This document shows, piece after piece, positions 20,488 to 29,187 of a stretch of 53,054 bases of DNA; within the stretch, counting starts at the first letter, position 1; the number at the start of each line of letters is the position of its first letter. Source of the stretch: Anaerolineae bacterium (GTDB lineage Bacteria > Chloroflexota > Anaerolineae > Aggregatilineales > UBA3940); assembly GCA_016927375.1 (NCBI GenBank), contig JAFGMS010000460.1:1-53054 (forward strand), written 5' to 3'. The notes below the pieces were generated by a model, which was given only the letters and a program-made list of their open reading frames with translations, ran no database searches and was not told the origin of the DNA. Made by a program: the position numbers and the translations under genes.

Positions 20488-21957
20488 ATGAGAGTGATTG
20501 TTGTGGGGATGGGGCCCGGTGATCCTGGACAGTTGACGCGCCAGGCGTGGAATGTGCTCAGCCGGGCAGGTGAGGTTTATTTGCGGACCCGCAGTCATCC
20601 CACTGTGCCTCAGCTGCCGGAGGGACCGGACTATCACAGCTTCGATGATCTGTATGAGCAGGCCACCGATTTCGAGCAGGTCTATGAGACGATTGTCGAG
20701 CAATTGGTATCTCTGGCATCCGAGGGTAGGGAGGTCATCTATGCTGTGCCGGGCGACCCCCTGGTAGGTGAGGGGACCGTAACGCGTCTGGCGGCGGTAT
20801 GTAAAGCAAAGCAGATCGATTTCCTTATCATTCATGGTGTTAGCTTCGTCGAGCCTGCCCTGGCTGTGCTGGGGTTGGACGGTATTTCGGGCATCCAGCT
20901 GCTTGATGCCACCGACTTTGTTGCTGCCTATCATCCCCAGATCAACCCTGATCGCGGTGCGCTGGTGGCACAGGTCTACAGCCAGCAGTTGGCTTCAGAT
21001 GTCAAGCTGACCCTGATGAACCAATACCCTGACGATCATCCGGTCACATTGATCCACGCCGCGGGTACATCGGAGCAGCGTAGTGAGACGCTCCCCCTTT
21101 ACGAGATGGACCGCCGGCCCGTCTCTCATCTGACGACGCTCTATATCGCCCCATTTAGTGCCGACGGGGGCGTTTCGAGCTTCGAGGGTTTCCAGGAGAC
21201 CATCGCCCATCTGCGCTCTCCTGAAGGCTGCCCCTGGGATCGTGAGCAAACGCACCAGAGCCTGCGTCCTCACCTGATCGAAGAGGCCTATGAAGTGCTG
21301 GATGCCATCGATGCAGATGATGTCGATAAGCTGCGCGAGGAGTTGGGCGATTTACTACTTCAGGTCGTCTTGCACAGCCAGGTCGCAGTCGATGAGGGCG
21401 AGTTCCATATGGCCGATGTCATCCGCAATATCGATGCCAAGCTCAAGCGGCGCCACCCTCACGTTTGGGGGCAGGTCGATGTGCAGGGCGACCCTGATCG
21501 GGTTTTGACTAATTGGGAGCAGATCAAGGCTCAGGAGCGAGCCGACAATGGCCAGGAGACTCGCAGCTTGCTCGATGGTATCCCGAAGACATTACCTGCA
21601 TTGGCCCAGGCTCACGAGTATGACGACCGTGCCGTGCGCGTTGGGTTCGACTGGCCGGATGAGCAGGGCGTGATCGATAAGGTCCATGAGGAGCTGGATG
21701 AGCTGTTGGCGGCCGCCACACCTGAAGAACGCCTGCACGAGATCGGCGATTTGCTGTTCGTGATTGCGGTCTGGGCGCGTTGGCTGAAGCTCAGCCCGGA
21801 AGATGCCCTCCGGGCGGCCAATCGACGTTTCTATGAGCGCTTTTCGAGGATAGAGCGTCGCGCCAAACAGATGGGCCGTTCGCTGCGCGAGATGAGTATC
21901 GAGGAAATGGATATACTCTGGAACGAGGCCAAACGAGACCTCGCCGCCGGTAAGTGA
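20488..21957 (+). CDS. YabN-like fusion: tetrapyrrole-methylase-fold domain + MazG NTP pyrophosphohydrolase
   Basis: 489 aa. N-terminus VVGMGPGDPGQLT is the TP-methylase fold. The C-terminal half carries two MazG repeats (EEAYEVLDAI...ELGDLLLQV and HEELDELL...EIGDLLF). Confidence 0.85.
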   Translation: MRVIVVGMGPGDPGQLTRQAWNVLSRAGEVYLRTRSHPTVPQLPEGPDYHSFDDLYEQATDFEQVYETIVEQLVSLASEGREVIYAVPGDPLVGEGTVTRLAAVCKAKQIDFLIIHGVSFVEPALAVLGLDGISGIQLLDATDFVAAYHPQINPDRGALVAQVYSQQLASDVKLTLMNQYPDDHPVTLIHAAGTSEQRSETLPLYEMDRRPVSHLTTLYIAPFSADGGVSSFEGFQETIAHLRSPEGCPWDREQTHQSLRPHLIEEAYEVLDAIDADDVDKLREELGDLLLQVVLHSQVAVDEGEFHMADVIRNIDAKLKRRHPHVWGQVDVQGDPDRVLTNWEQIKAQERADNGQETRSLLDGIPKTLPALAQAHEYDDRAVRVGFDWPDEQGVIDKVHEELDELLAAATPEERLHEIGDLLFVIAVWARWLKLSPEDALRAANRRFYERFSRIERRAKQMGRSLREMSIEEMDILWNEAKRDLAAGK

Positions 21958-21990
21958 AGATGGGTATTGTGCTTTTGTGCAAACGAAAAA

Positions 21991-22016
21991 CAGGTCTTCT
22001 AAGCTTAGAAGACCTG
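21991..22016 (-). terminator. Perfect 26-nt palindrome: terminator for tRNA-Pro, possibly bidirectional
   Basis: CAGGTCTTCTAAGCTTAGAAGACCTG gives an 11-bp stem. On the minus strand it is followed by TTTTT. It lies between the mazG-like stop and the tRNA 3' end. Confidence 0.6.
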
Positions 22017-22022
22017 TGTCAG

Positions 22023-22097
22023 TCGGGGCGGGCGGACTTGAACCGCCGACCTCACGGACCCGAACCGTGCGCGCTGGCCAAACTGCGCTACGCCCCG
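22023..22097 (-). tRNA. tRNA-Pro (anticodon CGG)
   Basis: Hand-folded 75-nt cloverleaf. Acceptor CGGGGCG/CGCCCCG, D stem GCGC/GCGC, anticodon stem CACGG/CCGTG with loop TTCGGGT, T arm GGCGG-TTCAAGT-CCGCC. CCA is not encoded. Confidence 0.9.
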
Positions 22098-22137
22098 TCT
22101 GTATTGTGCCTCCATCATTGATGGAACAATGGCTGGT

Positions 22138-22166
22138 AGTATAGCGCACCGCTATTAGCTTGACAA
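22138..22166 (-). promoter_or_regulatory. Putative sigma70-type promoter of tRNA-Pro
   Basis: Minus strand reads TTGTCA-17 nt-TATACT, ending about 40 nt upstream of the mature tRNA 5' end. Confidence 0.5.
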
Positions 22167-22258
22167 AAACCATTAGTGCGTATTTCGTTGGCGTTGTGCG
22201 ACTTCTTGGATACAGATCGGTTTGTACCTGTTTCCGGCAAGCATGTGACCTGCCCCCA

Positions 22259-22411
22259 TTTCCTATAAGGACCTGCTCGATTTCCAGTAAGGATGTACTC
22301 GAATTCCTATAAGGATTCACTCCGGATCCTATAAGGATCGGATCGTTTCCAGTAAGGATTTGATCCATTTCCTGTGAGGATCCGGAGCGTTTCCTATGAG
22401 GATTTGGCCTG
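22259..22411. repeat. Seven tandem 21-22-bp units with core TTTCCTATAAGGAT
   Basis: Units start at 22259, 22281, 22303, 22325, 22346, 22368 and 22390. Cores are TCCTATAAGGA (x3), TCCAGTAAGGA (x2), TCCTGTGAGGA and TCCTATGAGGA. Confidence 0.9.
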
Positions 22412-22540
22412 GTTGAAGGTAGGATTTTGCACTCTCCAGCCTTACCTGTATAACGAAATATACCTACGAATAGATAGGATATTGACATATATAGACGGCG
22501 TGTGCTACAGTATTTGTAGTCCTTTCTGGCTTGTTGGCTT

Positions 22541-22569
22541 TTGTCGGCCAATGGTGTAAAGAGTATACT
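22541..22569 (+). promoter_or_regulatory. Putative promoter of the pfkB cluster
   Basis: TTGTCG-17 nt-TATACT, 43 nt upstream of ATG 22612. An alternative is TTGACA-18 nt-TACAGT at 22482-22511. Confidence 0.35.
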
Positions 22570-22611
22570 CTGTCAGTCATCCAATTTACCTGAAAGGACA
22601 CTCCAATTACT

Positions 22612-23529
22612 ATGGATATTGTTGGCATTGGTAACCCTGTTTACGACTACATCAAGACCCCCAAAGTGGATACAAAGACACGCATTCTTTCGGGCTGTTC
22701 GACCAATGCCTGCCTGGCTGCCCGCAAGTTGGAGGCCCAGACGATGCTGGTCGGCTGTGTCGGCGATGATTTCGGTGGCCCGTTCAAAACCGCGTTGGAA
22801 GGATATGGCATCGATAGCTATACCTATCCGTCACCGGAAACAGGGGGCTTCAGCCTGATATACTATGATACCCTGGGTAATCGCACTCTGGATGTGCTGG
22901 GGCAGGCCTCTGCTGTGCCCGATATTCCTGTCGACGTCGTGTCATCTGCCGACTTTGTTATCATCGGGCCGATCTTGGGAGAAGTTTCTCTCTCTCTGGT
23001 CAGGAAGATCAAGGCAGCCGTTAATGGCCAGATTCTGCTCGATCCACAAGGGCTGCTCCGTCGTATCAATTCAGATGGACGCATTGAGCATTATCGCAAC
23101 CCTGAAGTCGATGCCATCATCCCCTTATGTGATGTTGTCAAAGCCAACGAGGTCGAGGCAGAGATCATCACCGGCATTCATCCTCGTACGAGCGAAGATG
23201 CACTCCGCCGGGCAACTGAGATGCTGCATGGTCTGGGCTGCCGGATAGCCATCGTTACGTTGGCGGCTGAGGGCTCAGCAGCCTATGATGGCCAGACCTA
23301 TATCCGGGTGCCGGCCTATGCAACCAATGCCGTCGATCCTACCGGGGCTGGCGATACCTATGCGGCAGGTTTCGCCGTAGGCTATTTGAAGCATGCTACC
23401 ATCAAAGGAGCCTGCTATTATGGTTCCTGTGTAGCTTCGGTGATGGTAGAAAATGTCGGCCCCGATTTCCCGTTGACTTCTGAAGAGGCAGACCGGCGTT
23501 GGGAAAGGTTAATACAGAATGGTCGATAA
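22612..23529 (+). CDS. PfkB-family (ribokinase-like) carbohydrate kinase
   Basis: 305 aa. Signature DPTGAGDTYAAGF near the C-terminus and GIGNPVYD at the N-terminus. Confidence 0.85.
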   Translation: MDIVGIGNPVYDYIKTPKVDTKTRILSGCSTNACLAARKLEAQTMLVGCVGDDFGGPFKTALEGYGIDSYTYPSPETGGFSLIYYDTLGNRTLDVLGQASAVPDIPVDVVSSADFVIIGPILGEVSLSLVRKIKAAVNGQILLDPQGLLRRINSDGRIEHYRNPEVDAIIPLCDVVKANEVEAEIITGIHPRTSEDALRRATEMLHGLGCRIAIVTLAAEGSAAYDGQTYIRVPAYATNAVDPTGAGDTYAAGFAVGYLKHATIKGACYYGSCVASVMVENVGPDFPLTSEEADRRWERLIQNGR

Positions 23530-24133
23530 GGAGAATGAGAGTCACATGTTAGTTCGCAACCGGCAGATCTATGAGCAAGTGAGCCAATCCTTGGGGCGTT
23601 TTGGCCTTGCATTGGGGGTATCCCCCAATACGCTAACGCTCATGGGGGTGGTAGTCTCTATTATAGCAGGAGCCTTGTTCTCGTTGAGATTGTTCGGTTG
23701 GGTGCTTGTAGCATTGATTCTGATGGCTGTTCTGGATGTTCTGGACGGCGCGACTGCCCGAGCAGGGGATATGGCGACGCCGTTTGGTGGGATACTCGAT
23801 CACGTTTCAGACCGTTATGCCGAGCTGTTTGTCTCTGGCGGGATCATGTTGAGTGGTTTGGCTGCCCCGATCTGGGTGCTGTTTGGTATCTCCGGTGCGC
23901 TGATGGCAAGTTATGCCCGTGCTAAAATCGAATCGATGACTGATATCAAGGCCAATGTTGGGCTGGCCGGCCGCCAGGAGAAGGCGCTCATCTTGATCGC
24001 CGGCATGATCGTATACATGCTGGGCATCGGCCCCGGCGCGGTCCAGTGGGCTATCATTCTGGTTGGTGTTGTTTCTCATCTTACTGCTGTTCAACGTCTA
24101 CTGTATGCTCGCAAGATGCTTGCTGCTCTGTGA
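23519..24133 (+). CDS. CDP-alcohol phosphatidyltransferase family protein
   Basis: 204 aa and polytopic. The DG-x2-AR...G-x3-D-x3-D motif is present as DVLDGATARAGDMATPFGGILDHVSDR. Overlaps the pfkB stop by 11 nt. Confidence 0.85.
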   Translation: MVDKENESHMLVRNRQIYEQVSQSLGRFGLALGVSPNTLTLMGVVVSIIAGALFSLRLFGWVLVALILMAVLDVLDGATARAGDMATPFGGILDHVSDRYAELFVSGGIMLSGLAAPIWVLFGISGALMASYARAKIESMTDIKANVGLAGRQEKALILIAGMIVYMLGIGPGAVQWAIILVGVVSHLTAVQRLLYARKMLAAL

Positions 24134-24143
24134 GAGGCCTCTG

Positions 24144-24974
24144 ATGCAAGTGGCGTGTGCCGGGATCGATCTAGGTCCATTTACCCTGACCTGCTTCAGC
24201 CTGATCGTTGCTGTGGCAGCTGTGGCCGGAAGTCTATTGACTGCCTGGGTAGCTCGGTGTCGAGGCGAAAATCCTCTTATTGTCTTCAACTTGTTCTGCT
24301 GGATGTTATTGCTGGGTGTCGTTTTTGCCCGGCTCTTCTATGTATTGAGCCCACCACCTTCCGTGGCAGCTCTTTACAGCCGGGAGTGGTATCTGGCTCA
24401 TCCCTTCGATCTGCAAATTGGCCTACTGGCTGTGTGGAGTGGGGGGCTGAGTATGGCTGGGATGCTGGTTGGGGCAGTCCTGGGCACTCTGTTGGTCATC
24501 AGACGCCAGAGGCTAGATGGTTGGCTGTGGGCCGATATCAGTGTGCCTGGGCTGCTGCTTATCCTGATTGTCGCTCCCTGGGGCAATTTGCTGATGGGCC
24601 AGATGCTTGGCCCTCCGACTGGCCTACCCTGGGGCGTCTCAGCTATCTATTCTCCACCCCCTTATGATAATCCGGCTGCATACCCCTCTGGGCTGCTTTT
24701 TCATCCTACGCCGGCCTACCTATCCTTGTGGGCGCTGATAGCTCTGTGTGTGATTTGGGGAACAACAAAGATCGCAGCAGATCGCTTTCATAAGGGCGAT
24801 GTTTTCTTGTATGCCTCCCTTGTCTATGGTGTGGGGCTGTTCTTAGGCGATTTTTTGCGTGTTGATGTCAGCCGGGGTTTTGCCGGTTTCTCCGGCTTGC
24901 GGACCGTAGCCTTGGGCGTTCTTCTTTGGTCTGTTGGGATGCTCGTGTGGCGATATCACAAGCGCAGGCAATAA
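24144..24974 (+). CDS. lgt: Prolipoprotein diacylglyceryl transferase-like
   Basis: ORF 24063-24974. ATG 24144 follows the upstream stop. Lgt-like blocks are WSGGLSMAG, PWGNLLMGQMLGPPTGLPWG, FHPTPAYLSLW and GLFLGDFLRVD. Confidence 0.72.
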   Translation: MQVACAGIDLGPFTLTCFSLIVAVAAVAGSLLTAWVARCRGENPLIVFNLFCWMLLLGVVFARLFYVLSPPPSVAALYSREWYLAHPFDLQIGLLAVWSGGLSMAGMLVGAVLGTLLVIRRQRLDGWLWADISVPGLLLILIVAPWGNLLMGQMLGPPTGLPWGVSAIYSPPPYDNPAAYPSGLLFHPTPAYLSLWALIALCVIWGTTKIAADRFHKGDVFLYASLVYGVGLFLGDFLRVDVSRGFAGFSGLRTVALGVLLWSVGMLVWRYHKRRQ

Positions 24975-25286
24975 GTAAGGAAGGAACTGTCCCACCCGTG
25001 GTGGGCACTTCATGACCAATTTGGGTTTATTGGGCTGCGAGTATACGCCATATGCTATAGCCCATCAGCCCTTTGTCGTTGTTGCTGAATGCTGATAACT
25101 GATAGATGGGCAGTTACTTACTCAGATTTCTTGTGTCACGCAATGATATATAGAGGGGTTTATTTAACAGAGGAAAAAGGAATGAGCCCCACCAGTTCCA
25201 GAAACCTGATAATGTCATAGTGGTAAGATCTCGAATACTGGTACAAGTGATTAGTCAATTAGGTTGAAGCAGGGTACGGTAAAAAT

Positions 25287-26210
25287 ATGATTGAGACCCA
25301 TGATCTAACGAAGCAATTTGACGGATTTGTCGCGGTTGAAGGTGTTAACCTGAACGTCGAGGCTGGTGAGGTGCTGGCCCTTTTGGGGCCAAACGGCGCG
25401 GGCAAAACGACCACTGTCCGTATGCTAACCTCGATCCTGAAACCTACTCGTGGTACGGCACGCGTCGCCGGCTACGATGTTGTCGCTCAACCTGAGCAGG
25501 TTCGTGCCCATGTGGGTGTGTTGACCGAGAATCATGGTTTGTATCTGCGTATGAAAGCCCGAGAATATCTATATTTCTTTGGCGAGTTATGCGGTTTAGA
25601 CAAACCGGCCCAGCATCGTCGGGCTGAGGAGCTGACAGAGCGCTTTGGACTGCTTGGTGCACTGGATCGAAGGCTGGGAGAGTATTCCAAGGGGATGCGC
25701 CAGAAGCTTGCTCTGGTGCGCTCGATGCTACACGATCCGCCGGTGCTGCTGCTGGATGAGCCTACTTCGGCGATGGACCCTTTCAGCGCGCGTCAAGTGC
25801 GTGACGCCATTGCCGAGCTGCGCGGTGATGGACGAACAATCGTCCTGTGTACCCACAACCTTCCCGAAGCTGAGGAACTGGCCGATCGTATTGCCATCAT
25901 CCGTCGTGGCAAAATTATTGCACTGGGCACCGAATTGGAGTTGAAATCGGAGCTGCTTGGTCCTCCCCTGATTGAGTTGCAGCTTGCTCAAAACCTTGAT
26001 GGTGTTGTGGAGAATCTATCGGATATAGTTCAGGTGGAAAGCCAGGGTGATGCCTGGTTGTGCTACCGGACGATGCAGCCGGAGATAGTCAATCCGCAGG
26101 TTGTACAGCGCATTGTTTCCCAGGGTATGCAAATCATATCGCTGGGGCGGGTTGTCCGCAGCCTGGAAGAGGTCTATCTGCGTGTGGTGGAGAGCGACGA
26201 TGCATTGTGA
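25287..26210 (+). CDS. ABC transporter ATP-binding protein (ABC-2 exporter type)
   Basis: 307 aa. Walker A GPNGAGKTT, signature YSKGMRQKL, Walker B VLLLDEPTSAMD, H-loop CTHNL. Confidence 0.92.
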   Translation: MIETHDLTKQFDGFVAVEGVNLNVEAGEVLALLGPNGAGKTTTVRMLTSILKPTRGTARVAGYDVVAQPEQVRAHVGVLTENHGLYLRMKAREYLYFFGELCGLDKPAQHRRAEELTERFGLLGALDRRLGEYSKGMRQKLALVRSMLHDPPVLLLDEPTSAMDPFSARQVRDAIAELRGDGRTIVLCTHNLPEAEELADRIAIIRRGKIIALGTELELKSELLGPPLIELQLAQNLDGVVENLSDIVQVESQGDAWLCYRTMQPEIVNPQVVQRIVSQGMQIISLGRVVRSLEEVYLRVVESDDAL

Positions 26211-26267
26211 TGCGTTGTGGCGAACAATAACTGTTGGTAGAAACATTGGTTGAAAAGGATATCTACG

Positions 26268-27767
26268 ATGGCAATGTTAGCTCCCTCAATTGAACAGACA
26301 GGTGCTGGTCCTCGTCGTTGGCTGCATGTGTTGCTCTGGAACTTCAGCCGGGTGCTGATGATCACCCGGCGTGAAGTCGTAGACATGTTCCGGGATTGGC
26401 GCATTGTTGTGCCAACTCTCATTCTGACCGTACTTTTTCCCTATATTGCCAATTGGGGCGCCGGTCGCATGTTGAGCTGGCTCAATCAATATGATGCCCA
26501 GTTAATCGGGGAAAGATTGATTCCTTTCTTGCTGATGGTAGTGGGGTTCTTCCCCAGCTCTTTTTCGCTGATTATTGCGCTTGAGAGCTTCGTGGGTGAA
26601 AAAGAGCGTCGTAGCCTGGAACCGCTGCTTGCTACGCCTCTGACTGATGCGCAGCTTTATATGGGAAAGATGCTCAGCTCGACCATTCCTCCACTGTCAG
26701 GCAGCCTTGTTGGTATAGCTGTCTATCTATTTGGTGTCAACCGTTCCATCAACTGGTCACCACCTCCTGTCTTACTGATCCAGATTCTCCTCTTGACTGC
26801 GCTACAAGCCTTAGTGATGGTTGCCGGTGCCGTTGTTGTCTCCAGTCAATCGACCAGTGTGCGGGCCGCCAACCTGTTGGCAAGCTTCATCATCATCCCC
26901 ATGTCTTTCCTGATCCAGGCTGAGGCCTTTATTATGTTTCTGGCGAATTACTATGTTCTGTGGTGGTTCATCATTGGTTTGGCTGTTGTTTTGGCGTTGT
27001 TGGTGCGCATGGGGGTGCATACCTTCAGCCGCGAAGAGTTGCTGGGGCGTGAGCTGGACGAGTTCAATCTCTTGGAAACTGCAAAGAGTTGGGTGAAGCT
27101 GACCCTGGCTCGCAGACCCAAAGAGCAACGTCGGACGGTTTGGCGGTGGTATCGAGATGAAGTCTTGGGCGTGATCTGGCGGTTTCGTCTGGAAATGCTT
27201 GTCCTGATGATTGCACTGGGGGCGGCATACTATATCGGTATGCAATATGCCGATGTTTTTCGCATCCCTCCTGAGTTGTTCCATCTGCAAAATTTTGAGC
27301 AGCGTTTCCAGGATTCCATGGAGCAGCTTGGCCTCTCTGGTTCAAAAGGTATATTATTAATAGTGGGGCAGAATGTCCGTGTTATGGCAGTCGCATCACT
27401 GCTTGCGGTCTTCTCATTTGGCGTTTTGATGGTAATCATTTTGATGGTGCCAATTGCCTTGAGTAGTTTTCTGGTTACGCAGATGCTAGGGGCTGGTATT
27501 GACCCGCTTGGTACCTTTGCAACGCTTATTCCACATATTGTTCTGGAGATTCCGGCTGTAGTTGTAGCCGGAGCAGCAGCTTTGCGGTTGGGAGCGATTG
27601 TGATCTCTCCCCCTCCAGACAAGACACTCGGGCAAAGTTGGTTAGGAGCATTGGCTGATGCTACACGGGTGTGGTTGGCTTTTGTCTTGCCTATACTGCT
27701 GCTTGCTGCGATTGTCGAAATCAATGTTACACCCCGGATCGTTGGTTGGTTCTTGGGACCGGGATAG
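26268..27767 (+). CDS. ABC-2 permease fused to a SpoIIM/DUF95-like membrane domain
   Basis: ORF 26250-27767. ATG 26268 lies 8 nt after AAGGA. The N-terminal half is ABC-2 permease-like with multiple TM segments. The C-terminal half carries IPHIVLEIPAVVVAGAAALRLG, the SpoIIM-type motif. Confidence 0.7.
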   Translation: MAMLAPSIEQTGAGPRRWLHVLLWNFSRVLMITRREVVDMFRDWRIVVPTLILTVLFPYIANWGAGRMLSWLNQYDAQLIGERLIPFLLMVVGFFPSSFSLIIALESFVGEKERRSLEPLLATPLTDAQLYMGKMLSSTIPPLSGSLVGIAVYLFGVNRSINWSPPPVLLIQILLLTALQALVMVAGAVVVSSQSTSVRAANLLASFIIIPMSFLIQAEAFIMFLANYYVLWWFIIGLAVVLALLVRMGVHTFSREELLGRELDEFNLLETAKSWVKLTLARRPKEQRRTVWRWYRDEVLGVIWRFRLEMLVLMIALGAAYYIGMQYADVFRIPPELFHLQNFEQRFQDSMEQLGLSGSKGILLIVGQNVRVMAVASLLAVFSFGVLMVIILMVPIALSSFLVTQMLGAGIDPLGTFATLIPHIVLEIPAVVVAGAAALRLGAIVISPPPDKTLGQSWLGALADATRVWLAFVLPILLLAAIVEINVTPRIVGWFLGPG

Positions 27768-27794
27768 GATACATCCAATAGGGGAAGTAAATCT

Positions 27795-28571
27795 ATGCCC
27801 AGGCTTGTAATCTTGGGGTCGGCATCGGCGGTAGCCGACGCCGATCATGAGAATACACATATGATATTGCAGGGGGCGCATAGTGCAATACTGATTGATT
27901 GTACCGGGCGCCCTCTGGTTGATCTCCAGAGAATTGGGGTAGGACTTAACGATCTGACAGACTTGATCTTGACGCACTTTCATCCCGATCATGTAGCCTC
28001 TGTGCCCAGTCTGCTGATGTCTGCCTGGCTGCTGGGGAGATCGGCTACCTTGCGTATCTATGGTCTACATCATTGCCTGGAGCGTATGGAGGACATGATG
28101 GCAGCCTATCACTGGGAAGAGTGGACTGGGTTCTTTCCGGTGGCTTTTCATCATCTGCCTGAGTTGGAAGGAGTGGCTGTTCTGGAAAATGAGGATTTTC
28201 AGATCAGAGCCTCACCGGTGCGCCACTATGTCCCTACAATCGGGCTGCGCGTTCTGGTAAAGGAGACCGGATTTGTGTTTGCCTATTCCTCAGACACAGT
28301 GCCCTGTCCTGAATTGGTGAGACTTGCCCATGGCGCTGATCTGCTGATCCATGAGGCAACAGGTGACGAGCCGCTGGGACACGCAAGTGCTGCCCAGGCA
28401 GGTGAGATTGCTACAGAAGCGGGGGTCAAACGCCTGGGTCTGATCCATTACCATGTGTGGAACGCGAACACCGATCACCTTGTGCCACAGGCTCAGACAA
28501 CCTATAACGGCCCCGTCTTCTTGTGCGAGGATTTCCTGCAAATCGAGCTTGCCCAAGGCGATCAACTTTGA
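27795..28571 (+). CDS. MBL-fold metallo-hydrolase (RNase Z / beta-lactamase superfamily)
   Basis: 258 aa. HxHxDH motif as LTHFHPDHV, plus later His/Asp ligands (SSDT, IHEATG, HYH). Confidence 0.85.
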   Translation: MPRLVILGSASAVADADHENTHMILQGAHSAILIDCTGRPLVDLQRIGVGLNDLTDLILTHFHPDHVASVPSLLMSAWLLGRSATLRIYGLHHCLERMEDMMAAYHWEEWTGFFPVAFHHLPELEGVAVLENEDFQIRASPVRHYVPTIGLRVLVKETGFVFAYSSDTVPCPELVRLAHGADLLIHEATGDEPLGHASAAQAGEIATEAGVKRLGLIHYHVWNANTDHLVPQAQTTYNGPVFLCEDFLQIELAQGDQL

Positions 28572-28690
28572 GGTCGCCATATGATATTGATTGACACTGT
28601 GTTAAAACACAGAAACCCAAACAGACCATCAATACTGGTGGCCTGAGATCGGTAGTTTCTTGGACATACCAAGGTAGTGTTATCCTGCTT

Positions 28691-28947
28691 CCCAGTTCAG
28701 CTGAGCGCAAACAAAACCGGAGTATACGACCATAGGTCGTCGATGTCTTTCTTTCCCAACTGCTTAAGGACTTGTGAAGTTGTTGCTCAAGTCCTCAGTG
28801 TGCCATAACTACGGGTTTATTAATGCTGCGAAACACTAGTGTTTCGCGATAAGTAAGCCGTCAGTTATGGTTACCTAAGAAACACTTAAACAGTTGGGTA
28901 TGAAAGACATCTTTACTACCGGGCTATTTCTGCCCAACCGTACTAGT
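28691..28947. repeat. Composite mosaic repeat, copy B (reverse unit + palindromic centre + forward unit)
   Basis: 27-bp inverted arms GATGTCTTTCTTTCCCAACTGCTTAAG (28742-28768) and CTTAAACAGTTGGGTATGAAAGACATC (28885-28911). The centre holds the perfect palindrome GCGAAACACTAGTGTTTCGC (28828-28847) and CCATAACT/AGTTATGG arms. Confidence 0.85.
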
Positions 28948-29140
28948 CTCCAACCATCTTGCAGGTTGCATGGAGGAAGCTGAATTCACCCCGTGGGGGC
29001 ATCAACTCAAGAATCTCGATAACTTCGAAGTCATTGTTGCCGAGCTTCACGCGATCCCCTACCTGGGGTGGCTTTTCCACGTTGGCGATGGCCCCCGGGT
29101 GCTCACCTCCGACTACCACATAGCTGACTTTGTAGATCAT
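28943..29140 (-). CDS. Small hypothetical protein (65 aa)
   Basis: AAGGAG lies 8 nt upstream of the ATG. The gene sits 47 nt downstream of the cNMP-binding gene on the same strand. I recognise no family. Its stop codon lies in the terminal ACTAG of repeat copy B. Confidence 0.6.
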   Translation of the reverse strand: MIYKVSYVVVGGEHPGAIANVEKPPQVGDRVKLGNNDFEVIEILELMPPRGEFSFLHATCKMVGD

Positions 29141-29187
29141 CCCTTGCTCCTTTCCTTGCCAGGTGTGTCAGGCTGTCGCACCCGACA

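Noticed and set aside
22259-22411. Possibility that the 22-bp array is a CRISPR
   Set aside because: The units are 21-22 bp in total, with a conserved core of about 13 bp and only about 9 variable nt. That is far below CRISPR repeat and spacer sizes. No cas genes or leader are present.
21592-22551. 319-aa minus-strand ORF
   Set aside because: It runs antisense through the 3' end of the mazG-like gene, across the terminator palindrome, the tRNA-Pro gene and the 22-bp repeat array. Its repetitive peptide pattern is only the translated repeat. Not a gene.
24989-25008. Hairpin GTCCCACC-cgt-GGTGGGCAC after lgt as a terminator
   Set aside because: The stem is only about 6 bp and no T-tract follows. 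It is too weak to call.
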